Source: an uncultured Gemmatimonadota bacterium (GTDB lineage: Bacteria > Gemmatimonadota > Gemmatimonadetes > Palauibacterales > Palauibacteraceae). Taken from it: DNA of 64,000 bases. Positions 46,082 through 55,231 of the stretch are shown piece by piece. A model generated the notes under the pieces. That model was not told the origin of the DNA. It did no database searches and was given only the letters and a program-made list of their open reading frames with translations. The stretch spans positions 14,106 to 78,105 of the forward strand of contig CAZCLY010000005.1 in the NCBI GenBank assembly GCA_964499635.1. Reading direction: 5' to 3'. A program made the translations under genes and the position numbers. Within the stretch, counting starts at the first letter, position 1, and every line of letters begins with the position of its first letter.

Positions 46082-47335
46082 GTGCCCATGTCGACGCCCG
46101 ACACGCAGGACCGGCTGGACGATCTGCGGATCGACCGTCCCGACGCGAGCCCCGGCAGCCCGTGGCCGCGACGGGCGCTGCTGCTTGCCCTCGCGCTCGT
46201 CCTGGTCGGGTTCTCCGGCTGGTGGCTGCTCGGCCGCGCGCGCGGGCCCGCCGTGGAGGTGGCGAGCCCGATCCAGGCGGCGGGAGACGCGGGGGGCCTC
46301 TCCGTGCTCGACGCCTCGGGCTACGTGGTCGCCCGGCGTGAGGCGACCGTGTCGTCCAAGGTGACGGGGCGGGTGGCCGAGGTGCTGGTCGAGGAAGGAA
46401 TGGCGGTGGAGGACGGCCAGCTCCTGGCGCGGCTCGACGATTCGAACGTGAGGCGCGAGCTGGCGCTCGCCGAGGCGCGTCTCGCCGCGGCGCGTAGCCG
46501 GGTGGGCGAGATCGAGGTCCAGCTCCGGAAGGCCGAGCTGGACCTGGCCCGCACGCGCGAGCTGCGCGAGGCGGAGGCCGAGAGCCAGGCGGGTCTGGAC
46601 GCTGCGCTCGCCGCCCGGGATGGTCTGGCCGCGCGTCTCGCCGCCGCCCGTGACGAGGTCGAGGTGTCGGACCGCGAGGTGTCGCTCGTGCGCCAGGCGC
46701 TCGAGGACACGCGCATCCGGGCCCCGTTCGCCGGTGTGGCGATCTCCAAGGACGCGCAGCCCGGCGAGATCATCTCGCCGGTCTCGGCCGGGGGCGGGTT
46801 CACGCGCACCGGGATCACCACGATCGTGGACATGCAGTCGCTCGAGATCGAGGTGGATGTGAACGAGGCCTATATCCAGCGCGTGCGACCCGGCCAGCGG
46901 GTCGTGGCCACGCTGGACGCGTACCCCGAGTGGCGGATCCCGGCTCACGTAATCACCATCGTGCCCGCGGCAGACCGCCAGAAGGCGACCGTGCGGGTGC
47001 GGATCGGGTTCGATGAGCTGGGGGACCCCAGGATCCTCCCGGACATGGGGGTCAAGGTGGCATTTCGGGGAGACGAGGCGGAGGAGGGCTCGGCGGGCGC
47101 GCCCGCCCTGCTGATCCCGGAGGATGCGGTGCGTCGAAGCGGGGACACGGCAGTCGTCTTCATCGTGCGGGATGGTCGCGTCGAGCGCCGGGCGGTGGCC
47201 GTGGGTCCGGCCGCCGGTGGGCGCGTGGAGATCCTGTCGGGCGTCCGCCCGTCGGACCGCGTGGTGCGCGACCCGCCGCCGGACATGCGGGACGGAGATC
47301 AGGTACGGGTGACCGAGGGAGGGCCGGATGGCTGA
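46082..47335 (+). CDS. macA: HlyD/MacA-family periplasmic adaptor (membrane fusion protein) of an ABC exporter
   Basis: It has an N-terminal TM (LLLALALVLVGFSGWWLL), a coiled-coil Arg/Ala/Glu-rich hairpin, and a beta-barrel/MPD C-terminus (VDVNEAYIQRVRPGQRVVATLDAYP). It overlaps the ATPase start by 8 nt. Confidence 0.8.
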   Translation: MPMSTPDTQDRLDDLRIDRPDASPGSPWPRRALLLALALVLVGFSGWWLLGRARGPAVEVASPIQAAGDAGGLSVLDASGYVVARREATVSSKVTGRVAEVLVEEGMAVEDGQLLARLDDSNVRRELALAEARLAAARSRVGEIEVQLRKAELDLARTRELREAEAESQAGLDAALAARDGLAARLAAARDEVEVSDREVSLVRQALEDTRIRAPFAGVAISKDAQPGEIISPVSAGGGFTRTGITTIVDMQSLEIEVDVNEAYIQRVRPGQRVVATLDAYPEWRIPAHVITIVPAADRQKATVRVRIGFDELGDPRILPDMGVKVAFRGDEAEEGSAGAPALLIPEDAVRRSGDTAVVFIVRDGRVERRAVAVGPAAGGRVEILSGVRPSDRVVRDPPPDMRDGDQVRVTEGGPDG

Positions 47336-48017
47336 TGCGCTCGTCCAGGTGCGGGACGTCCACAAGGTGTACCGGCGCGGCGCCGAGAGCATCGACGTGC
47401 TCAAGGGCCTCGACCTGGATGTGGCGGAGGGCGAGTTCCTGGCCCTGATGGGCCCGTCCGGGTCGGGCAAGACCACCCTCCTCAACCTGCTGGGAGGCCT
47501 GGACACGCCCACGCGGGGGCACGTGCTCGTGGCGGGCGAGGACCTCGGGCGCGCCTCGCGGCGCCAGCTCGCCCGCTGGCGGGCGCGCCACGTGGGCTTC
47601 GTGTTCCAGTTCTACAACCTGCTCCCGGTGCTCACGGCGGCGCGCAACGTGGAGCTTCCACTCCTCCTCACGGGGCTATCGCGCGCCGAACGGGCGAAGC
47701 ACGTGGCGACGGCCCTCGAGCTCGTGGGGCTCACCGATCGCGCCGACCACTATCCCCGCGAGCTGTCGGGCGGTCAGGAGCAGCGAGTCGGCATCGCCCG
47801 GGCCGTGGTGAACGACCCGACGCTCCTCCTGTGCGATGAGCCCACGGGGGATCTGGACCGCGACACGGCCGAGGAGATCCTCGACCTGCTGATCGGGCTC
47901 AACGAGCGATACGGGAAGACCATCATCATGGTCACCCACGACCCGCTCGCGGCCGAGCGGGCGAGGCGCGTGCTCCACCTCGACAAGGGCGCGCTCGTCG
48001 AGGCGGCGACGGCGTGA
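47328..48017 (+). CDS. ABC transporter ATP-binding protein (MacB/LolD-type)
   Basis: It has Walker A GPSGSGKTT, the signature LSGGQEQRVGIARA, Walker B LLLCDEPTGDLD and the H-loop. Confidence 0.9.
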   Translation: MADALVQVRDVHKVYRRGAESIDVLKGLDLDVAEGEFLALMGPSGSGKTTLLNLLGGLDTPTRGHVLVAGEDLGRASRRQLARWRARHVGFVFQFYNLLPVLTAARNVELPLLLTGLSRAERAKHVATALELVGLTDRADHYPRELSGGQEQRVGIARAVVNDPTLLLCDEPTGDLDRDTAEEILDLLIGLNERYGKTIIMVTHDPLAAERARRVLHLDKGALVEAATA

Positions 48018-49168
48018 AGTTCTTCCACCTGGTGTGGCGCAACCTGCTCAGGCGGAAGGTGCGCACCACCTTCACGTTCCTGTCGATCGTGGTCGCCTTC
48101 TTCCTGTTCGGCCTCCTGATGGCCATCCGGAACGGCTTCGGCGCCGGCGTCGAGATCGCCGGCGAGCACCGTCTGCTGACGACCCACAAGGTGTCGATCA
48201 TCCAGCTCCTCCCGATCCGCTACCAGGCCGAGATCCGATCCACCCCCGGGGTCGCGGCGGTCACCCACTCCTCCTGGTTCGGCGGCGTCTATCAGGACCC
48301 GAAGAACTTCTTCGCACAGTTCGCGGTCGATCCGGGGCCGTATCTGGCCATGTATCCCGAGTACGTGCTCTCGCCGGGGGAGAAGGAGCGCTGGCTGGCG
48401 ACCCGCACGGGGGCCGTGGCGGGCCGCAAGCTCGCGGAGCGCTTCGGGTGGCAGGTGGGCGACCGCATCCCGATCCAGCCGACGTTCTGGCGACCGGCCT
48501 CGGGGCCGGACACGTACGAGTTCGAGCTCGTGGGGATCTACACTGGCGCATCGCCGGACGTGGACGAGACGTCGTTCTTCTTCCGGCACGACTACCTGAT
48601 GGAGCGCGTCGGCGACATCGGCCAGGTCGGCTGGTACATCGTCGAGGTCGAGGATCCGTCCCGCGCCGACGAGGTGGCCCAGGCGATCGACGCACGATTC
48701 GCCAACTCGGCGGCCGAGACGAAGACGACCACCGAGCGGGCGTTCATGCGGTCGTTCGCCGAGCAGGTGGGGAACACCGGCGCCATCCTGATGGCGATCG
48801 TGGCGATCGTGTTCTTCGTCATCCTGCTCATCGTGGGCAACACGATGGCCCAATCGGTCCGCGAGCGTACGAGCGAGCTCGGGGTGCTCAAGACGCTGGG
48901 CTTCACCGACCGCGCGGTGCTGGGGCTCGTGCTGGCCGAGGCCGTCCTGCTCGCCGCCGGCGGCGGGATCGTCGGTCTGGCGCTCATCGTCCTCGTGGTC
49001 CCGGGCCTCGAGCCCATGGTGCAGGCGTTCCTCCCCGTGTTCCGGGTGCCGACCCCGGCGCTCGGTCTCGGGCTGGGCCTCGCGGTCCTCCTCGGGCTGG
49101 CGAGCGGGGGCCTGCCGGCGTGGCTCGCGCAGAGGCTCGAGATCACCGAAGCGCTCAGGAGGCGGTGA
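48014..49168 (+). CDS. ABC transporter permease, FtsX/MacB-type (4-TM with periplasmic domain), copy 1
   Basis: There is a GTGA overlap with the ATPase. It has an N-terminal TM, a large extracytoplasmic domain, and three C-terminal TMs with the FtsX signature region (RTSELGVLKTLGF). Confidence 0.8.
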   Translation: MKFFHLVWRNLLRRKVRTTFTFLSIVVAFFLFGLLMAIRNGFGAGVEIAGEHRLLTTHKVSIIQLLPIRYQAEIRSTPGVAAVTHSSWFGGVYQDPKNFFAQFAVDPGPYLAMYPEYVLSPGEKERWLATRTGAVAGRKLAERFGWQVGDRIPIQPTFWRPASGPDTYEFELVGIYTGASPDVDETSFFFRHDYLMERVGDIGQVGWYIVEVEDPSRADEVAQAIDARFANSAAETKTTTERAFMRSFAEQVGNTGAILMAIVAIVFFVILLIVGNTMAQSVRERTSELGVLKTLGFTDRAVLGLVLAEAVLLAAGGGIVGLALIVLVVPGLEPMVQAFLPVFRVPTPALGLGLGLAVLLGLASGGLPAWLAQRLEITEALRRR

Positions 49169-49190
49169 GCATGGATCGGCCGAGGAGGTC

Positions 49191-50384
49191 GTGAGCATGG
49201 GGTGGCTCCGTCAGACGTGGGCGGTCACGCTGTTCAGCCTCAAGAGCCTGGGTCAGCGGGCGGGCTCGTCCGCGGTCGCCGTCGCGGGCTTCGCGGGGGT
49301 GGTGGCGGTGTTCGTGGCGGTCCTGTCGATTGCCGCGGGGTTCGAGCGCGTGATGGCGAGCGGTGGCTCCGACCAGGTCGCGATCGTCCTCCGTGCGGGC
49401 AGCGACACCGAGATGTCGAGTGGATTCGAGCTCGAGCAGACGCGCATCATCCAGCAGGCGCCCGGGGTGCTGCGCGACCCGGGCGGGCCGGCCGCCTCGG
49501 CCGAGCTGTTCGTGATCGTCGACGTCCCCAAGCGGTCCACCGGTACGAGCGCCAACGTGCCGCTGCGGGGGGTCGGGCCGGAGGCCTTCGCGGTACGGCC
49601 CCAAGTCGAGATCACCGAGGGGCGTAGCTTCAGGCCGGGATTCCAGGAAGTGATCGTGGGGGAGGCGGCGGCGCGCCAGTTCGCCGGTCTCGAGCTGGGG
49701 AACCGCTTGCGGTGGGGCGAGGCGACCTGGGAGGTGGTGGGCACGTTCGGCGCCGAGGGGTCCCTGTGGGAATCCGAGATCTGGACGGACGCCCGGGTCC
49801 TCCAGCCCGCTTACCGGCGCGGGAGCACTTTCCAGTCGGTGTACGCGCGTCTGGAATCCCCCGAGGCGTTCGGCCGCTTCAAGGACGCTCTGACCTCGGA
49901 TCCACGTCTCGAGGTGGACGTGGAACGCGAGAGCGATTACCTGCAGGCGCAGTCGCGGGTCCTGCGCACGCTGGTCCACGTGCTCGGCAACCTGATCGCG
50001 GCGCTCATGGCGACCGGCGCCACCTTCGGGGCGCTCAACACCATGTACTCGGCCGTCGCGGCGCGCGAGCGGGAGATCGCCACGCTCCGCGCGCTGGGCT
50101 TCGAGGGCGGGGCCGTCGTGGTCTCCGTCCTGGCCGAGTCGCTCCTGCTGGCGCTGATCGGGGGACTCCTCGGGGGCGGCCTCGCCTACCTGGTGGCGAA
50201 CGGGTATCAGACCGCGACCATGAACTGGCAGTCGTTCAGCCAGGTGGCGTTCGCCCTCTCGGTGACACCCGCGCTCCTGGCCAGCGGCGTGATCTACGCG
50301 CTCGCGATGGGTGTCCTGGGCGGGATCTTCCCGGCGTTGCGGGCGGCGCGCGCCCCGGTGGCGGTCGGTCTGCGCCGCTCGTAG
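49191..50384 (+). CDS. ABC transporter permease, FtsX/MacB-type, copy 2
   Basis: It has the same architecture as copy 1 (REIATLRALGF...), beginning 22 nt downstream. Confidence 0.8.
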   Translation: MSMGWLRQTWAVTLFSLKSLGQRAGSSAVAVAGFAGVVAVFVAVLSIAAGFERVMASGGSDQVAIVLRAGSDTEMSSGFELEQTRIIQQAPGVLRDPGGPAASAELFVIVDVPKRSTGTSANVPLRGVGPEAFAVRPQVEITEGRSFRPGFQEVIVGEAAARQFAGLELGNRLRWGEATWEVVGTFGAEGSLWESEIWTDARVLQPAYRRGSTFQSVYARLESPEAFGRFKDALTSDPRLEVDVERESDYLQAQSRVLRTLVHVLGNLIAALMATGATFGALNTMYSAVAAREREIATLRALGFEGGAVVVSVLAESLLLALIGGLLGGGLAYLVANGYQTATMNWQSFSQVAFALSVTPALLASGVIYALAMGVLGGIFPALRAARAPVAVGLRRS

Positions 50385-50437
50385 CGGGGGACGGGGGGCG
50401 ATCGGTCGGCCCGCCCGGAGGCGTCACCGACCTCCGC

Positions 50438-52159
50438 TCAGAGCTCTCCGCGCTTCATGCCCTCCACGGCGTAATCGCAAGCGCGGGCGGTGAGCGCCAT
50501 GTACGTGAGGGAGGGGTTCTGGCATGCCGCCGACGCCATGCACGCACCATCCGTTACGAACACGTTCGGCACGTCGTGGAGCTGGTTGTGCGCGTTGAGC
50601 ACCGAGGTGGCCGGATCCCGCCCCATGCGTGCGGTCCCCATCTCGTGGATCCCCTCGCCGGGCCGGTAGACGTCCTCCCACGTCTCGACCTCGGTGCAGC
50701 CCGCCGCCTCGAGCATCTCGGCGCCGGCGTCCATCATGTCGCGCCGCATGGCGCGCTCGTTGTCACCCAGCGTGCAGCGGATGCGGAGCGCGGGGATGCC
50801 CCACGCGTCGGTCACGTACGGGTCCAGCGTGACCTGGTTCTCGTACCGGGGGAGGATCTCGCCGAACGCCCACAGGCTCATGCGCCAGCGGCCGGGGGTG
50901 CGCAGACGCTGCTTGAGATCGACGCCCAGACCGGCCGCGGCGATCCCGCGGTCCCAGCCCTCGCGACCCGCACCTCCCTGGTACCCGTAGCCACGCACGA
51001 AGTCCGGCTGCCGCGAGCGGGCGTCCACGTTCCGGAAGCGCATGATGTAGATGCCGTTGGGGCGGCGCCCGTAGGTGTAGCGGTCCTCGAGGCCCGGAAC
51101 GGTGCCGACCGCGCCCAGCTTGAAGTGGTGGTCCATCAGGTAGTGGCCCAGCGTGCCGCTCGAGTTCCCGAGCCCGTCCGGGAAGCGGCGCGAGGTGCTC
51201 TGGAGCAGGATCTGGGTCGAGCCGAGCGTGGAGGCGCACAGGAAGACGAGCCGCCCCCGGAACTCGAGGGGGTCGTGCGTCCGGGCGTCGATGACCCGGA
51301 CGCCGGTGACCCGGTCCCGGTTCTCGTCGTACATCAGGCTGTGCACGATGCTGTGCGTGCGGACCGTGAGCCGGCCGGTCTCGAGCGCCGCCGGGAGCGT
51401 GGTGCTCAGGCTGCAGAAGTAGGCGCCGACCGAGCAGCCCCGATCGCAGGGGCCGCAGTAGTGGCAGGGGGCCCGCCCGTTGTGCGGGCGTGTGAGGACC
51501 GCCGCGCGGCCGATCGTCATTCGCCGCGCCGGGAACGCGCCTTCGAGCGCCTCCTTCACCTTCAGCTCGCCCGCGTTCATCTCCATGGGGGGCAGGAAGT
51601 GGCTGTCCGGGAGCTGCGGCATGCCCTCGGCCTGGCCGCTCAAGCCGACGAAGTCCTCGACGTAGTCGTACCAGGGCTCCAGATCCGCGTATCGGATCGG
51701 CCAGTCGGCCGCGATCCCTTCGCGCAGGTTGGCCTCGAAGTCCAGGTCGCTCCACCGGTAGCACTGCCGGCCCCACATGATCGAGCGGCCCCCGAGGTGG
51801 TAACCCCGGATCCACAGGAAGGGCGCGTCCTCATCGAAGGTGTAGGGGTTCTCCCGATCGTTGACGAAGAAGTGGGAGTTGTACTCGTTGACCGGATCCG
51901 CCTGCGACTGGAGGAACTGGTCCTCCTCGAGCTTCTTCCGGTCGCCCCGGCCGCGGTAGGTCGCCTCCCAGGGCGGCTCGTGCTCCGTGATGTAGTCGAT
52001 CCCGTGCTCGACCGGCCGCCCGCGCTCGAGGAGGAGGACCTCCATCCCCTTCTCGGTCAGCTCCTTCGCGGCCCACCCTCCGGTGATGCCCGAGCCCACG
52101 ACGATCGCGTCGTAGTCCTTCCCCCGCCCGGCCTGCGCCTCCTGGAGAATCAGGCCCAT
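50438..52159 (-). CDS. GMC-family FAD flavoprotein oxidoreductase (gluconate 2-dehydrogenase/glucoside 3-dehydrogenase-like catalytic subunit)
   Basis: The start is at MGLILQEA. The FAD-binding motif is DYDAIVVGSGITGGWAAKEL, and the GMC C-terminal region is VFVTDGACMASAACQNPSLTYMALTARACDY. Its first codons overlap the stop of the upstream small subunit by 10 nt. Confidence 0.8.
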   Translation of the reverse strand: MGLILQEAQAGRGKDYDAIVVGSGITGGWAAKELTEKGMEVLLLERGRPVEHGIDYITEHEPPWEATYRGRGDRKKLEEDQFLQSQADPVNEYNSHFFVNDRENPYTFDEDAPFLWIRGYHLGGRSIMWGRQCYRWSDLDFEANLREGIAADWPIRYADLEPWYDYVEDFVGLSGQAEGMPQLPDSHFLPPMEMNAGELKVKEALEGAFPARRMTIGRAAVLTRPHNGRAPCHYCGPCDRGCSVGAYFCSLSTTLPAALETGRLTVRTHSIVHSLMYDENRDRVTGVRVIDARTHDPLEFRGRLVFLCASTLGSTQILLQSTSRRFPDGLGNSSGTLGHYLMDHHFKLGAVGTVPGLEDRYTYGRRPNGIYIMRFRNVDARSRQPDFVRGYGYQGGAGREGWDRGIAAAGLGVDLKQRLRTPGRWRMSLWAFGEILPRYENQVTLDPYVTDAWGIPALRIRCTLGDNERAMRRDMMDAGAEMLEAAGCTEVETWEDVYRPGEGIHEMGTARMGRDPATSVLNAHNQLHDVPNVFVTDGACMASAACQNPSLTYMALTARACDYAVEGMKRGEL

Positions 52160-52722
52160 GTCCGCCCCGCTTCCTCGAGCGGCAGGTCGCCCTGGTATCT
52201 GCCGGGGATCGCCAGCCACTGGAGCTCCTCGGTCGCCCCGGCTTCGGATGTGTAGTAGCCCACCAGGGTCCATTCCTTCAGGGTGGCGAAGAAGGGGAGC
52301 GGGTCGGCGTCCTCCGCGCGCGCCCGGGCCGCTTCCTCGTCGAGGCGGCTCAGGAGCGCGTCCTGCTGCTCCGGGGTCGCGTCGCGGAACGCGACCCCGT
52401 CGCCCATCCCGCCATCGAGAGCGGCCAGGCCGCTCAGGAAGCGGTCCCGCGCCTCGGCCTCCATCCAGTCGGAGAGGATCGTGTCGATGAAGGACGGGAC
52501 CCCGACGTCCCGCGCTCCCGGCGTGTCGGTGGCCGGGATGATCCGAGCGACGACGATGTCGAGGAGATCCACCTGGTCGGGATCGAGGGTCCGCGGAGCC
52601 CAGCCCGCGGTCGGGGGCGCGGCGCGGCACCCCGACAACAGGGCCCCCAGCGTCGGCGCGGAGATCGCGCCGCCGACGAGGAGCGTCAGACGTTGCAGCG
52701 CTTGACGGCGAGAGAGAGCCAT
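52150..52722 (-). CDS. Gluconate 2-dehydrogenase subunit 3-family small subunit with twin-arginine (TAT) signal (hitch-hiker subunit)
   Basis: The start is at MALSRRQALQRLTLLVGGAISAP (SRRxxLQ TAT motif). The ~190 aa product is typical of the gamma subunit, and the gene lies immediately upstream of the GMC flavoprotein. Confidence 0.75.
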   Translation of the reverse strand: MALSRRQALQRLTLLVGGAISAPTLGALLSGCRAAPPTAGWAPRTLDPDQVDLLDIVVARIIPATDTPGARDVGVPSFIDTILSDWMEAEARDRFLSGLAALDGGMGDGVAFRDATPEQQDALLSRLDEEAARARAEDADPLPFFATLKEWTLVGYYTSEAGATEELQWLAIPGRYQGDLPLEEAGRTWA

Positions 52723-52954
52723 TGGAGTCCTCGCCGCGTGATGGGGGTCGACCACCACGCGGTCTCCCCGAAGGTGCCCAACCCGAAGTCGCTCCGCAAA
52801 CCCCCCGGCCCGCATCGGTTGCCCCCCGCGGGCGGTTCCATCACTCTCGGGAGATGGGGGACCCCCGGGAGGTCGGGGGTCGCTCGACACATATCCACCT
52901 TTTCACACCTCCGCCGCCGACTGCGCGCCGGCTCGCGGAGGGGAGGCGATCGAC

Positions 52955-53527
52955 ATGGTCCGTCGCTCGGGATTCGGAACATCGAGTCGGTGTCTCGCGG
53001 TCGCGGCGATGACCGCCCTGCTCGCGTCGTGCGGCGGTGGGGCGGACGCCGACGCCTCCGGGGACGCCGGAGGCGAGGACGCGGCGAGCGCACCCGCGAC
53101 TCCGGCCGGCGGGGAGGTCGCGCGACGGGACTTCGTGCTGTGTCCGGCCATCGAGGGCATCGCGGAGGACCTCGCCGCGCTGGCGGACTTCCAGATCGAT
53201 GCGACGCGGGGCGTCGAAGCCATGGCCGGCGAGTGCCACGTGCGCGGACAGGACGCCGCGTTCGTCCAGGTCATCCTGGCGCCGGCCATCGTGCCCTCCG
53301 TGGCCATGCAGGCGTCGGGCTACGACACTCCGGCGGTAGCGGCTCCCGAGCTCGGCGAGCAGGCCGTCGTGGTCGAGGATCCCGTCCAGCCCCGTGCCAT
53401 CTTCCGGGTCCGGGGACAGATCATCGACGTCGGGATCGAGAACTCCGGGCACCCGCCGGACGCCGCCACGATCCGCCAGGCGGGCAGCATGGTTCGTGAC
53501 GCCCTCGAGAAGGCGAACGGGGGCTGA
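52955..53527 (+). CDS. Hypothetical secreted lipoprotein
   Basis: It has a lipobox signal (AAMTALLASCGG), strong GC3 codon bias, and no recognisable domain. Confidence 0.5.
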   Translation: MVRRSGFGTSSRCLAVAAMTALLASCGGGADADASGDAGGEDAASAPATPAGGEVARRDFVLCPAIEGIAEDLAALADFQIDATRGVEAMAGECHVRGQDAAFVQVILAPAIVPSVAMQASGYDTPAVAAPELGEQAVVVEDPVQPRAIFRVRGQIIDVGIENSGHPPDAATIRQAGSMVRDALEKANGG

Positions 53528-53803
53528 GGGCTCGCCCGTCGCCTGTCCTCGCACGCGGGCCCCCTCCGTCGGCCCGGCCACCGCGGCCTCGACGCGGCGG
53601 GCGCGGGTCTCCGCCCGCTTCGCGCCCTCGATCGAGCGCACGACCTCCCTCCGTGTCCCACCGACTGTCGATCGCGTGCCGGACTGAACGTCCATCATCG
53701 GGGAGCGCGCGGTCCACAGGTGCATACCGCACTGGCTCGGGCGCCCGGGCCCGGATACATCGAGATACGAACTGCGACAGGCCCTCGGGGCCAGGAGGAC
53801 CAT

Positions 53804-54928
53804 GTGCCGGACACCCCCATCGGACATGCGCTGGAAGCGGGCGATGTGCTCCTCATGGTCGGGACCACCAAGGGCGCCTTCCTGCTGCGTGCCGACGGGT
53901 CTCGAGCGCGCTGGGAGATCGACGGACCCCACTTTCCCGGCGAGGAGGTGTACGCCCTGGCGCTCGACCAGCGCGCCGGCCGCCGGACGCTGTGGGCCGC
54001 GCCCGGCAACCCGTTCTTCGGGACGACGCTGCGCAAGTCCGAGGACGGCGGGGCGAGCTGGACCGACAAGGAGGAGCACCGGGTGGCCTTCCCGGAGGAC
54101 TCGGGGCTGTCGCTCAAGCGCATCTGGCAGATCCGGCCCGGTCCGGACGGCGACCCGAACCGCCTGCTGGTCGGCGTGGAGCCGTCGTGTCTGTTCGAGA
54201 CCGAGGACGGCGGCGACACGTGGCGCCCGGTGCGGGGCTTCCTCGAGCACGAGCACCGCGAGTCGTGGACGCCCGGTGCGGGAGGCATGTGCCTCCACAC
54301 GATCCTCCAGGACCCGGAGCGCACGGACCGCGTCGTCGTCGCGATCTCGACCGGCGGCGTGTACCGGACGGAGGACGGCGGCCGGACGTGGCGCGCCCGG
54401 AACGAGGGCGTGCGCGCCGAGTTCCTGCCGGACAAGCACCCCGAGTTCGGGCAATGCGTGCACAAGGTGGTCCATCACCCGGACCGACCGGAGCGCCTCT
54501 TCCTCCAGAATCATTGGGGCCTGTACCGGAGCGACGACTGGGGCGACGTGTGGGTCGACATCGCCAACGGGGTCCCCTCGGACTTCGGGTTCGGGATGGC
54601 CATGCACCCCAACGACCCGGACACGGTGTACATCGTCCCCATGGAGTCCGATCAGTTCCGCTGCTGTCCCGAGGCGAAGCTCCGCGTCTACCGGACGCGC
54701 GACGCCGGGGAGTCGTGGGAGCCCCTGGGCCGGGGGCTGCCACAGGAGGGGGCATACGAGACCGTGCTCCGCGACGCCCTCGACACCGACGCCTCCGACC
54801 CGGCCGGGGTCTACTTCGGGACCCGGAGCGGCAGCGTGTACGGGTCCGCAAGCGAGGGCGATTCCTGGACGCTGATCGAGGGCGGGCTCCCCCCGGTCGT
54901 GTGTGTCAAGGCGGCGGTCGTCGCGTGA
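53804..54928 (+). CDS. BNR/Asp-box repeat beta-propeller protein (Ycf48-like / sialidase-fold, non-secreted)
   Basis: A GTG at 53804 lies 5 nt after AGGAGG. Six S/TxDxGxTW Asp-boxes are present (SEDGGASW, TEDGGDTW, TEDGGRTW, SDDWGDVW, TRDAGESW, ASEGDSW). Confidence 0.7.
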   Translation: MPDTPIGHALEAGDVLLMVGTTKGAFLLRADGSRARWEIDGPHFPGEEVYALALDQRAGRRTLWAAPGNPFFGTTLRKSEDGGASWTDKEEHRVAFPEDSGLSLKRIWQIRPGPDGDPNRLLVGVEPSCLFETEDGGDTWRPVRGFLEHEHRESWTPGAGGMCLHTILQDPERTDRVVVAISTGGVYRTEDGGRTWRARNEGVRAEFLPDKHPEFGQCVHKVVHHPDRPERLFLQNHWGLYRSDDWGDVWVDIANGVPSDFGFGMAMHPNDPDTVYIVPMESDQFRCCPEAKLRVYRTRDAGESWEPLGRGLPQEGAYETVLRDALDTDASDPAGVYFGTRSGSVYGSASEGDSWTLIEGGLPPVVCVKAAVVA

Positions 54929-55206
54929 CCGTGACGGTGGTGCTGCCGGGCGCGCTGCGCGAGCTGGCCGACGGACGGCCGAGCCTCGCGCTCGACGGCG
55001 CGCCCGCGACCGTGGCGGACGCGCTCGAGGCGCTACGGGCGGGATATCCTGCCGTGTACCGGAGCATCCTGACCGAAACCGGCGACGTGCGCCCGCACAT
55101 CAACGTCTTTTTGGGCGATACCGAGATCCGCCGTGCCGATGGCCTGCGGACCGCGCTCGAGGGCGATGTCGAGATCGTCATCCTCCCGGCGGTGAGCGGC
55201 GGCTGA
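54925..55206 (+). CDS. MoaD/ThiS-family ubiquitin-fold sulfur-carrier-like protein (C-terminal Gly-Gly)
   Basis: The GTG start overlaps the upstream stop (GTGA). The 93-aa beta-grasp-like sequence ends ...DVEIVILPAVSGG (compare MoaD ...FFPPVTGG). Confidence 0.6.
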   Translation: MTVTVVLPGALRELADGRPSLALDGAPATVADALEALRAGYPAVYRSILTETGDVRPHINVFLGDTEIRRADGLRTALEGDVEIVILPAVSGG

Positions 55207-55231
55207 CCGGGTCCCCAGGGAAGCCCGGCCG

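Noticed and set aside
50385-50437. Possible terminator hairpin (CGGAGG-N9-CCTCCG) between converging ABC permease and GMC genes
   Set aside because: The stem is only 6 bp with no U-tract, which is too weak to call.
53802-54875. ATG with a perfect AGGAGG-N3 spacing opening a 357-aa ORF
   Set aside because: The translation is compositionally junk (R/P/A/S/T/C rich), whereas the overlapping frame encodes a clean BNR/Asp-box protein. The same AGGAGG serves a GTG at 53804 in the BNR frame.
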